A stretch of 61,297 nt of DNA, filler included, from Sphacelaria rigidula (taxonomy: Eukaryota): the NCBI GenBank assembly GCA_964200075.2. It is 8 parts of 8 records of this genome, joined end to end, with 100 filler letters (N's around TTAATTAATTAA, not from the genome) between each part and the next. Parts side by side here need not be neighbours in the genome. Positions count along the whole stretch, not along the records: positions 1 to 7,575 come from CAXNAA020014271.1; positions 7,676 to 15,250 come from CAXNAA020014272.1; 6 more parts are not named here. One strand, 5' to 3'. Every line of letters starts with the position of its first letter. Position 1 is the first letter of the stretch. Positions 1 to 10,871 of this stretch are shown piece by piece. Under the pieces are notes generated by a model. It saw only the letters and a list, made by a program, of their open reading frames with translations. It had not been told where the DNA came from and did not search any database. Position numbers and translations under genes: made by a program.

Positions 1-468
1 GACCAGGCTCGCACTCAATCACCAAGCGCGAAGCCCCGTGGTGTGTTCGGCGAGTCGCATGAAGGATGGGCTGCGTCCTGCTAAGTTTTTTTGGCCCGTA
101 CTGATTATTTTGCATTTGGGTTACAGCGTACACTGAGTTGCTTCATTATCTGGTATCGCCACTTCCAGAGATAGCCACGGCTTATACACTGCCTCATGGA
201 TGTCTCACTATCTCATCACTACGTAGTACGATCATCCCCACTGTGCGGAGTTGAGGTTCTCCCACGCCGCACATGATCTAGCTCGACTACCATCATGTTT
301 ACCGGGAAAAAAAACGCAAGCGCGAAAAAACAAATCGGTAGCCTGGTTGCCTAGCTTCCGCAGTGAGTGGCGTGTTTTACAGCGTCATCGCCAACCGACG
401 CCAACCCCGTCAGGGGCCCGCCTCTACAAAGGCGGGACAGAGCACGCCGGGTTCTCGCCGGACCGGGC
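1..468 (-). mobile_element. Poly(C)-tailed ~0.6-kb repeat, near full-length copy (3' tail lies beyond the contig start)
   Basis: Colinear with copies at 14345-14757, 38435-38940 and 45221-45820 (shared blocks such as ctggtatcgccacttccagaga and gttgaggttctcccac). The head abuts a G-run at ~469-487. Confidence 0.85.
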
Positions 469-713
469 GGGGGGGGGAGGGAGGGGTAGCGTGTCTGAAA
501 ACGAACTGTAGTGGTCACGCCCTCCTTGCAGAGAAACTCGCGTGCGTGAATCGTCCAGTAGCCGCGACGGACGGCAAGCAGGGCGACACGTCAAAATTCC
601 AGGCATGCTACTAACACTGTTGATAGTATGTACTCCAAAGCACATTGAACCGCAACTCTTGCTTGGCCTCCATAACCTCAACTCGACTTGCGATAAATAC
701 ACTCACAAATTAC

Positions 714-925
714 CTCGTGGTATCCGTTGTCGACGATGAGATAGCACCCGGTGCTCATGCGCTCCGTGCCATCCGCCTTTCGGAGTTTGTACTCCCTCTC
801 CGTGTCCTGGCTGTCCGTCCGGATCATCTTTACGGTGACTTCGTATCGAATGATTGTCTTGTCGTTGGTCGCGCCGCTGAAACCGCGGGTGAGGGCCAAA
901 ATTCGTTCGGCGTGGTCGACTGTGA
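714..925 (-). pseudogene. PIF/Harbinger-type DDE transposase exon
   Basis: Translates as VTVDHAERILALTRGFSGATNDKTIIRYE...GCYLIVDNGYHE, matching Harbinger GxxND and YLxxDxGY motifs. Bounded by ctttctAG acceptor and GTAATT donor (212 bp). Rest of gene missing or degenerate. Confidence 0.75.
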
Positions 926-954
926 CTAGAAAGACGAGGGTTAGAAACTCGAGT

Positions 955-2266
955 TGTCCCAGTGGACGCGGCCGCGGAAGCTGTCCCGGTGGCGGCGGGC
1001 AAGTTCACGGTGGGGGTGGTACGTTGAGGTGTCCGTGGCTGCGCGGGTGCGATCCCAGTCCGGGTGCCCCCATCGAGTACTCCCCGCATCATGGTACCGA
1101 TAACATGTTCCTCACGCCGCGTGTATGGTTGTGATTGGGCTACTTTCACCCTCTTCTTCCGCTGTTCGGGTGAAGAAGAGGAACTCTGCTTCCTCTTCTT
1201 CTTGTTTGTCGCAGTGGCGGCTGAGGCGGTCGATTCCGGTCGATTTGTCCCCGTGAATGCGGTGGCGGAAGTTGTCCCGGTGAAGGTGGGGCAAGGGATC
1301 ATGGTCGGGGTGGTCCCTTGAGGTGCCTGCGGCTGCTGCGCGGTTGCGATCCCAGTCCGGATGCCCCCTTGAGGTAGGTGCCTGCGGCTGCTACACGGTT
1401 GCGATCCCAGTCCGGGTGCCCCCATCCTCATCACCAGTCCGGGTGCCCCCATCGAGTACTCCCCGCATCATGGTGCTGCCAACCTGTTCTTCACACCGCG
1501 TGTTTGGTGGTGATTGGGCCACTTTCATCTTCCGTTGTTCGGGTGAGGAAGAGGAACTTTGCTTTGCTTCGGGTTGGTCTGCTGCGCAACGGATGGGGGA
1601 GTGTCTGATGGAGACGGCACCGCCACATCCCGATAGGGCGCCACATCCCAATAGGGTGTCTGTGGCGGTGCCGTCTACTCAAGACACTCCGTCATCCGTT
1701 GCGCAGCAGAACAACAAGAAGCAAAGCAAAGTCCCCCTTCTTCACCCGAACAACGGAAGAAGATGGAAGTGGCCCAATCGCTACCAAACATGCGGCATGA
1801 AGAACAGGTTGGCAGCACCATGATGCGGGGAATACTCCAAGGTGATGAGGATGTGGACACCCCGACTGGGATCGCAACCGTGCAGCAGCCGCAGGCACTT
1901 CAAGGGACCACCCCCACCGCGACCCCTTGCCCCGCCGCCACCGGGACAACTTCCGCGACCGCGTCCACTGCGACGAATCGACCAGAATCGACCGCCTCCG
2001 CCGCCACTGCAACAAACAAGAAGACGAGGAAGCAAAGTTCCTCTTCTTCACCCGAACAGCGGAAGAAGAGGACGAAAGTAGCCCAAGCACAACCAAACAC
2101 GCGGCGTGAGGAACAGCTTGTCGGTACCATGATGCGGGGAATATTCGACTGGGGCACCCGGACCGGGATCGCAACCGTGCAGCGACGGGCACCTCAGCGT
2201 ATCACCCCGATCGTGAACTTGCCCGCCGCCACCGGAACAACTCCTGCGGCCGCGTCCACTGGGACA
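955..2266. repeat. ~1.3-kb inverted repeat (arms ~955-1627 and ~1661-2266), each arm internally duplicated
   Basis: ORFs 703-1452(-) and 1763-2302(+) give near-identical peptides (PESTASAATATNKK.RKQSSSSSPEQRKKR...GTMMRG). Centre reads ggcaccgccaca...tgtggcggtgcc. Confidence 0.9.
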
Positions 2267-2304
2267 GATGGACCAGAATCGACCGCCACTGCGACAAATT
2301 GACC

Positions 2305-3231
2305 GCAATCGACCGTCGCCAACGGGACAAGTTCCGCGACCACCGCAACTTCCCTGCAACCGCACCAGGCCACCCGGACCGGGACCACTCCACACCAGGC
2401 ACACGCACACCTGGCGACCACTCTTACGGGAACCACCGGGATCCCGCAGGGAACCACTGCCACCGTGACCACGGCGATCACCGCCGCGATAACTTCGGCG
2501 CAGCTGCAGCCACGCCAGGGGACTGCTCCCACCGGGACACCAACGTGGACGGTGGGACACGGGGCGTCGTAGGTTGAGGGGGGGCTGGTGCCCCGGTGCG
2601 GGGAGATTTTTGCCCCCATATGCTGTAAATTGGTGTGCGTATCGGCGAGGGGTGTTTTCTTCACGTCGCACCTGTTCTCTCCAGGATCTTCATCTCCCCT
2701 TTCTCTTCTCTTCTCCACTTCCTTCGCTCCCTCCGCACACGTCGCCTTCTTCAGTTGCCGTGCACTGTGCCGGATACCGTCGTTCATGATGCTCCCCTTC
2801 GGGGAGTGATGTTTCCTTCGACATTTCCGCCCCGCATGACAGGGGGGATGATTCCGCGCTACATGACCCGGGAAACGAAAAACGGACGCGGGGGGGGACA
2901 GTGAGCATCTTCTGGCCAGGACCGGGATGGGGCACCGGCACCGATTGGTGTCCCAGCGGGAGTAGTCCCCTGGCGTGCCTGCGGCTGCGCCTAAGTTATC
3001 GCGTCGGCGGTCGCAGTGGTGGCGGTGACGGTGGTACCCTGCGGGATCCTGATGGTGTGGTGTGCGTGTGGCGAGGACCGGGACGGAGCACCGGTTGGTG
3101 TCCCGGTGGGAGTAGTACCCTGGCGTGCCTCCGGCTGTGCGAAAGTTGTCGCGGCGGCGGTTGCGATCCCGGTGGTGTGGTGTGCCAGCCACACGGTCGC
3201 AGAATTTGTCTCGGTGGCGGCGGTCGATTGC
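2305..3231. repeat. Second inverted repeat (arms ~2305-2545 and ~2945-3231, ~400-bp spacer) built from related modules
   Basis: gcaatcgaccgtcgccaacgggacaagttccgcgacc pairs with ggtcgcagaatttgtctcggtggcggcggtcgattgc; ~2436-2544 pairs with ~2945-3050. Confidence 0.8.
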
Positions 3232-3236
3232 CTGTT

Positions 3237-6020
3237 TGTAGGATATCAAAATATTTCGACATTTCCCCGTCTAGTATAATCGATCTGGGGTTTTTTCTCA
3301 CACAATGCCCAATAGTACAGAGTGACTACAGTACGACTTCGTTTAAAGTGGGAAATTTGATGATTTCTTCGTAATTGGCTATTTTCTTGGAATTTTTCGC
3401 TTGCCACCGCTCATCACATCGGGGACCTGAAGGTACTAGTATCCGCTCCACGTTCCAAGACAATAAAACATCTGTACTCAATATTGAGTAAATTACGGGC
3501 TAACCGGTCATCGGGGGTCCTACATCTTTTGCCCAGATTCTGACTCTTCGGTATTTTCGATTGATCGAGCCTGTCCCGATCGTACTCGCGAAGAAATGAA
3601 AAGCTCGTTTTCCTTCGATTCTCCCTACTGATTGCACTATTATTCTACTACTTATTGCAATGGAGCCGAATAACTGTTTCACGGTCAATAACACCCTCCT
3701 GATAAACGGGGTACCTACTCGTATTGCCCGATAACATCGACTGACACTAACTTGGGCACTGGGGGGGGAGACGATCTGATTATTTTACCAGAATCTATCG
3801 ACGCTAGCAAGTTCGAATTTTATCCAAGATTATATGTGAGAAAAATACCAACTTCAGCCGTGCCCATTTCGAACGTGGGGTACTATATATGTCGTGGGTA
3901 CAAAAAATTCGACTTGACGGTCGACAAGGGAAAGGGAGTGCTGGACCCCCCTCACGATGAAAAATAAGGCAAGCACCGCAGAAGGAAGGTGGAGAACTGA
4001 AACAAAGAAGATAAAAACTCCTGTGTTGGCTTTCGTCCTGTGTGACCCCGGCTGGTGCGCCCACATATACCGAAGGGTGTAGACCAACTTCCAAAATAGA
4101 CAGAATACAACACAACACACACAGGATCATAGCACTCTGCGCACATTCTGTCATTTTCTTCACCATTATCCACATTTTTCCTGTCATGCCAGTTTCCCAC
4201 GTCTTTTTCCATAGCTCGTTTTTCCATACTGTGTCAGAGGCCTTTTGTATGTCCAGAAAGAAACAGTACGTTATGAGCCCGGCGTCTTCCCTACCTTGAA
4301 CAATCTTACCTAATATATACACATGGTCCACGCAACTACATGTCGGTCTCAAACCTGCCTGCCCCTCGCTGATTTTTCCTTCCTTCTCTAGCATCGTTCC
4401 TACTCCTTCGTTCAAAAATCTTCCAGAATGTCTTCCCTACGGTGCACAGCAGCGTTATCCTTCTATAACTTCCCTGGTTCAGCCTTGTCTCCTTTCTTGA
4501 AAAGGTTTACTGCTGCTCCTTGTCTCCACCTCTTGGGTGTGTACTCGTTTTCCCACATTCAATTATACAGCATAACCATCATGGTAATCATTCCCTTTTC
4601 CCCGTGCTTTGGGAATTAGTTCACTCAAAATGTCTGCTCCTGCTACCTTTCTGTTCTTGAGTTTAGCTACACACTCCTCCACTTTCTCTCTGATGAAATT
4701 TCTCTGCAATTCGTTTGGGCCAATATCTTCCCGTTTCAATACCTCTACATTTGCCTCTGCCCACGCGTTGGTTTCTTCCTCGAATTTCGCGTCGAAACTG
4801 TCGGTAGTTGTTGGTGTCCCCAGTCTTTTGTAGTGCTCTGCTGGTACTTCTCTCTTTCCCTTCAAACTACTAACCATTTTACCGTTCTGTGCTCTCGAGG
4901 TAGCTATCACTTGTCTGTCTCTCCTGCGTTTGCCCATAATCCCTTCTGTCCCTACCCACATTTGTTTCACCCCGCCATCGACATCTTCATTTTCCTCATC
5001 AAGAACATATTCCCATATCCCCGTCTTTTTCTCCTCCACCATTTATTTCACCTCATCTCTAGCTTTAGCGTATTGCTCCCATCCTACCGTACTTTTCCTC
5101 GGTATACATATTGCGTGGGTCTCCCTCCTTACTGTTGTAGCCTTCTTTACTTCCGCATCCCACCATTTTACTGCCCTGCTGAATACGATTATTTTCTTCC
5201 CTATAACTTCACTTCTTGTGGTCTTGACCAACTACTCCCATCCTTCTATAATATGTGCTCCTGCTCGACCCCTTTCTATTCCGGGATCAATTGTACCTAC
5301 GCTTTCCAACAGCTCGGAAAATATAACTGCACTTTCGGCCATCTCTTCTTGGAATTCTCGCTGTTTTTCTTGTACTTTTTAGTTTTATGTATGATCCATT
5401 GGTACGACTTCCTACCCCGCCCAGTTTTTGCAACTCTCGTCTGTCGGCTTTCTGTCCATATTAGACAATGATCTGTAGTTCTCACGTCCTCTGCGCATAC
5501 ATGTACTTACATTTCCTTACTATTTCCATACATTTTATTACTGTGTAGTCAAGAATGGAGCTTTCTGTATTTTTTCCTTGGCGGTGTGTAGTCCTTGTAT
5601 ATTGCGTCTCTGACTTATGTGCTCTATCGTCCAACGTCTTCATCTCGTTATTTTCAAGGAACTTCATCACCTCTACCTCATTCATCGTCGCCTGCTCCTC
5701 CCCGTAACGCCCAATGATATCATCCGGCTGAATTGCTTTTCCTACCCCTTCATTCAAATCTCTCACTAACATTACTTTCCCTTGCCTTCTATACTTCGTG
5801 TGCATCTGCTACCCTCTCTCCAAACTCCCTCTGTATATCGTTCACCGTACTCTTCGATTCTGGGGGCATACAGATGTTCCCTACGAAGAAGTCTTTCGTT
5901 CCCCGCTCTCCTGGTACCTTTATCCATATGCTCTCGTCGAATTTCGTGTCCTTGGTCACTCTTATCATGTCGCGTGGGGGGTGGTAACCACCGAAGGATC
6001 GGCAAACTCCGCCTGTCGTC
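3237..6020 (-). mobile_element. Degenerate non-LTR retrotransposon (APE endonuclease + reverse transcriptase), interrupted by an insertion
   Basis: APE motifs LVRDLN, SILDY, TDHCLIW. RT motifs KLKNRKVAGAD, EGQAGLRP.CSCVDH, CFFLDIQKASDTVW. Many frameshifts and stops. RT resumes as LDGEMSKYFDILQ at ~3237-3277. Confidence 0.9.
3278..4128. mobile_element. Composite insertion splitting the LINE RT; includes a probable retroelement 3'-end fragment at ~3965-4122 with a (CAACA)-like tract
   Basis: The RT reading ...ECAQSAMI / LDGEMSKYFDILQ rejoins when this block is removed. Boundaries are approximate. Confidence 0.6.
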
Positions 6021-6627
6021 GTCTTGTCAGTACTTTGCTAAGATATGTGATACATTTCAATCGATCTCAAAATTGGTCATACTCGAAGCGTGCTGTGATT
6101 CGTCCTGAAGAAATGTGGGTCAAGTGTGCAGCGTTCAGCCCAAAAAATCGCGATATTCGTCATCATCTACGAAAATACGGAGGTGTTGATATTGATACAA
6201 AAAAAAAATGTTCTATAAAATACTGGATGTGCTCATATTTCGTCGAATGTAGATGATGGCCACAAATCTCCAAATCGATTGGTTTTTGATCGAGCAGCTG
6301 GCAGCCGAGCTACAGTAGGTGTGAACCAGTAGGTTTCAGCGCTTTCGTCTGACAGGGTCGTTCGACCTTATCAGATTGCCTACGTGCAGCTAGTTGCCTT
6401 GTCGCGGTGGTTACCACTTGCTCAGCCCATGATGGTTATCCTACATAGTGCATGATAAAACAACGGCAAGCTACCCATACCATGCGATCTATTAGCGCAA
6501 CAACCGACTGGTACTGACCGTACTCCTATTCGTTTCTTGCATGCCTGGAAACACATGAGCTTCCAGCCACTGACATTACGCGTGCTTGACATTTGAGCAT
6601 CTGCACCCCGTCCGCTTACTTTTCCAG

Positions 6628-6840
6628 GCGAAAACGGCGCTGGTCGTAAACGTGATTGGATTCTCTCTTCTAGAAGCCACCGGCAAACGCAGCTCCATCC
6701 TCACCGCATCCGGCACGTTGAACGCCTTCATATTAGGGATGATCCTGTGGGCAACCCTCGGAGGGTGGGGGTGGGGAACGGCGGTGCTGTACCTGGCAGC
6801 AGGGTCTGCCGTGACAAAACTGCGGAAGAAGAAGAAGGAG
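6628..6840 (+). CDS. Internal exon of a DUF92/TMEM19-family membrane protein (VTE6 phytyl-phosphate kinase-like)
   Basis: tttccAG acceptor, GTCAGG donor, 71 codons, phase 0-0. LTASGTLNAFILGMILWATLGGWGWGTAVLYLAAGSAVTKLRKKKKE follows the DUF92 pattern LT..G...A..LG...W..LG..G......Y...GS.VT......KE. Confidence 0.85.
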
Positions 6841-7513
6841 GTCAGGGGGGCATGGTTTGCATCGGGAATATAGGTGCTTGGTTCAAATGACTTAGCCGTT
6901 GAGCCGTGGGTTCCATTACCCAGTTCCCTCGACACGTGTTCCTCGTCAAGAAAACTCACCCGTAAAGGAGGGCATACGATTCCGTTGCTCCGCGTTGGGT
7001 GCCCGACCCAACACGGCAATGTTGAGCAGGGGGTGAAGAGTTTTGACATGCTCATGTATCTTGATACACGCAACACAGACACTCACTCGCTGTCATCGCA
7101 CGTCGCCCCCCCCTTGGATGTTGTTGCTCCAACCAGTCCATGGGGATTGCCGAGGGCAGAGGTGGTGCACGAGGGCCGGAAAACGTTTGGGGGTCAGCGG
7201 CGACAGGTGCGGGCACGCTGTCGAGAGTTCGGGAGATGACGGAGCGGGAGGGGAGGCATATTTCCATGTTTTCGTAGAGTTAGCACGCGTCAAATACACG
7301 TTTTCAACCGTGCTCAGCGTTCATCAGGTACACCACCTGGACAGTTTGATCATTCTCTGAGAGAATACCCCCACATAGGGCCGCCTCTGTGACTTTCGCA
7401 TGTTGTAGCGTACTCGGGGTTTGCATTCCGTTCCTGTGAGGCCACGTGTTTGACCTGGTGTTGTCGGGAGTACATACCACCGGTACAGTGGGCAAGAGGC
7501 TACGAAATGTCAT

Positions 7514-7575
7514 GGGGTGTACTCATGATCATGCATGCCATAGTCATAGGACCATTGACCTCGCATCCCTACGAA
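7514..7575 (-). mobile_element. 3' tail fragment of the poly(C)-tailed repeat at contig end
   Basis: ggggtgtactcatgatcatgcatgccatagtcataggaccattgacctcgcatccctac. Confidence 0.85.
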
Positions 7576-7675
7576 NNNNNNNNNNNNNNNNNNNNNNNNN
7601 NNNNNNNNNNNNNNNNNNNTTAATTAATTAANNNNNNNNNNNNNNNNNNNNNNNNNNNNNNNNNNNNNNNNNNNN
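7576..7675. other. Artificial contig linker
   Basis: N44-TTAATTAATTAA-N44; the 12-mer gives stops in all six frames. Confidence 0.98.
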
Positions 7676-7748
7676 TGAAGGGTGAGCTGCATCCTGCTAA
7701 GATTGTTCGGCCCGAAGCGTACTGATTATCTCGCATTTGGATGACAGG
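7676..7748 (-). mobile_element. Internal fragment of the poly(C)-tailed repeat at contig start
   Basis: gggtgagctgcatcctgctaagattgttcggcccgaagcgtactgattatctcgcatttggatgacag matches 60-125 and 45375-45445. Confidence 0.85.
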
Positions 7749-8874
7749 GGAAGGGATGGAACAATTCCATCTCTCCGGTGGGGCCGGAGGGCGAGTCATA
7801 CATGAACAGGATGTGGTTGCACATTCTAACAATACCTTCGTGTTTGGGCGCACCGTCATTCGAGTGTAACGTACCGAAATATTGAATAAAACCCCAAATA
7901 GAGCTGTGTGATCATATTTGGCGGGGGAAGCGTTCACAACATCCCTGGTTGTGTGCCGGTTGGGGGCGGTAAGGGACTGTTTTTCGTTATTTCTTTTTTT
8001 TGTACGAGTTTGGGTCCAATGTTTCGAGAATACTCTCATCAATACAAATTCCAACGGCATCATCATTCTTGCATTATGACCTAAACTGTAGATATCACCC
8101 CTAGGGCAACTATTTTCAAATCCCCTACGCCACCATACACGTCTCGCCACGATCCAACTTTACCGATGTTCTTCATACGCTTCTAAGAGCTGTCTATCAA
8201 GTATTGGGCCCTTGAACGCGCTTGTCATGTGTTGAACTCGGCCTGGACGACCGCGGAAGGATAGTAGTATAGGCACGAATAGGGGTACATGTTGAGATGA
8301 AGTGAGGTCAGCCTACGGCAGTTGGGTGTGCACTAAAAGGATCAGTCAAAAAGTTACTACAGACAGTATTCCCACAAGTAGCCCTTCGCGGACTGGGGTA
8401 ACAGTCTGAACTGTCTCTTGATAACGCTTTAACTGCGAGCGGTGCTCCATTTGTGAATCGGCATCACTTTCACCTGAACAAGGAATGGAAATTTGTGGCT
8501 TTTACTCGTGGGCATAGGGTTGAGAGATTACATGTAGCATGGCAGGGCAGCGAATATTCAAAACTCCTGCAGCTAATGCCCGTGCCTTTGCGTGCCGCTT
8601 CGCATACGAAAATGTACCCCGTGGTATCATGCGTGTGTTATTTATCAGGGAAGGGGTTGAGCTTCGATTATTGAGAATGCTGCACAAAGCATTCCGCGAG
8701 CGCGCCCCGCCATGCGACCATCTTTTTGACCTTTTCTCAGCGAAATAGCATTCAACAACGTGGCCGCCAACCGAGCAGAGCAAATCGAGGTCGTAAAATA
8801 TTTTTCGAAATGTATCATTCGGGGGGTGTTATATTCCGTGACATTGGCTAGAACTTACTTCCGCGATTACAGCT

Positions 8875-8934
8875 GCCAACAGAGAAACCACGCTGAGACC
8901 AGGCGCCAACAGAGAAACCACGCTGAGACCAGGC
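8875..8934. repeat. Perfect 30-bp tandem duplication
   Basis: gccaacagagaaaccacgctgagaccaggc x2. Confidence 0.95.
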
Positions 8935-10086
8935 GCGTTGAACGTTGGCGTGGACAGTGAAAAAAACTCCGGTCAAGGAAATTCACCTGCACGACGCGAT
9001 TCAACTCAATCAAGCTCAGTGATGCTACCTATACAACATGCTGCTCATTACAGTCGGTCTGTAGATCAGATATACTGTACTGCTGTCTTTTCCCCGTTCA
9101 GTGAAAGTAGTATGATACAGTACTGTGATAGTACTCACTGCCCATGCACGTCTGCCCTGCACTCGCCGGCTAGATGGGTCTTTGAAACCTGTGATAAATT
9201 ATGTACTACATATTTTTACTGAGGGGTGCGCGTTTCGGAGGGGAAAGTGTGACTTTTCGACGCTCTCCACAAGAAGTAGCACTGATTACTGGTTCTTCTT
9301 TTCAAACGAATGACGAAGAGTTGGACCAACTTTCAAACTTTCATATTATTCGCTATCGTTTTCTGATTTTTTCCAATCAATTTCTCATAAAGGCCTAGAG
9401 AGAAAGTCCGCGAAGGTCGCGCTGGGAGGACCGGATTACAGACAGGTTCTCCAGACACGAGCCACACAACCCACACGTTCCATACGGTTACACTCACAGA
9501 AGCACAAAAAGAAGCTAGCGACCGTCTTCTCATCATGATGGCTCAATGCGGTCGCGTTCCCGCCGCCCCCCCCCCCCTCCGCCACAAGGGCACGGTGCGG
9601 CTTTCTCACCCCGGACTGATGACCAACGAAGCAAAAACCGAACCGCGCAAAACAACATGCGGCGTTTTTTGTGCCGGTTCGGTAGCAGGCGGCGCATGGT
9701 CGGTGCACGGCGCGCAACAGGCATGAAGAAGAGTGAGTGTAATGCAATGCCTTGCGGGGTTCCACTGTGGCCCGACAAGAAGGCAGATCACTTACTCTTC
9801 GTAGCTATGGAAAGTCCTCAAATTGTTCGGGCAAGCTACAGTCAACGTAACATTCTGCTCTGGAGTGTCCACCTCAACGCGAGTGAAACGCACCTTCGAT
9901 GGGGCATCTGGAGATGATCCACTCGTGGGGAACATGGAACGTTGAGCTACCGCACGGTGTGCTATAACAGCTGTTCGGCTGCTGGTACGCTGATTTTCGA
10001 GACGCGAGGCGGGGAAAAGACAGTAATCGGTGGAACGGTTTGGGATCAACACCAGAGTTTAACCGGCAGAATTTTTCGCGCAGCAG

Positions 10087-10262
10087 GACCAAACCTATTG
10101 GTGCAATCATCAACACCCGAGTCGATGTCCCTCGTGTTGGAGTGCGACACGGCCGAGAAAGTGCCCAGCAGGGAGGCGCGGCGCAGGAGGCAAGAGGCCT
10201 ACAGGAGGGACCTGAGTCAACAAATTACAGAGGATGCGAAGAGAAAGGCATCAGCGGCTAAA
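10087..10262 (+). CDS. Possible exon of a coiled-coil protein
   Basis: Pyrimidine tract + cagcAG, then ...SREARRRRQEAYRRDLSQQITEDAKRK. Donor site uncertain. Confidence 0.4.
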
Positions 10263-10436
10263 GTATTGCAAACCATTGAACAACTGCACGAGCTGAAGTC
10301 GGTGAGCATTGAAATGACAGGGGTCTTGTGATCATCACCGAACAGTGTGGAATGGAGTCTGCCACCCCTCCCTGTCGAACACCAAGATATCGGCCAGAAT
10401 TTTTTCGGATCACCACTCCTGTTACTGTTCACCAGA

Positions 10437-10871
10437 GAACAGCCGGTCATCGAAATTGAGGATGAAGCTCTTCATTGAGGTTGAGAACCCGGACGGTTAA
10501 CATCTTCGTATCCACACCAAATCGTCGAAATATAGTTCCATTCCTTCACCTACTGGTGGCCATTGACAGCTTCTACCCGCCCTACAAATTTGAACCTTCG
10601 ATAGCCGAACCCCTCGCGAAGAAACAATTTTGGGGAATGCAAGTGATCCGATCTGATCGCCGAAATTCCCGGGGGTTGTTTCGCTCACGACCCCAACATT
10701 TCGGTTATCGAAATCCAAATTTGCATGACGTGTAGTACTTGTCAATAGCTACCCGTAGGTGAAGGAATGGAACCATATTTCGAATATTTGGTGTGGATAC
10801 AAAGATTTTAGTCCTCCGGGTTCTAATCCTCATCGAAAAGCTCCATCCCCAATTTCGATGATCGACTGTTC
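10437..10871. mobile_element. MITE-like element with ~140-bp imperfect terminal inverted repeats
   Basis: 10437-10576 (gaacagccggtcatcgaaattg...tatccacaccaaat...ttccattccttcacctac) is the reverse complement of 10731-10871. Confidence 0.8.

Noticed and set aside
703-3374. Many long overlapping ORFs (up to 351 aa)
   Set aside because: They arise from GC-rich, stop-poor inverted repeats and are low complexity on both strands, so they were not called as genes.
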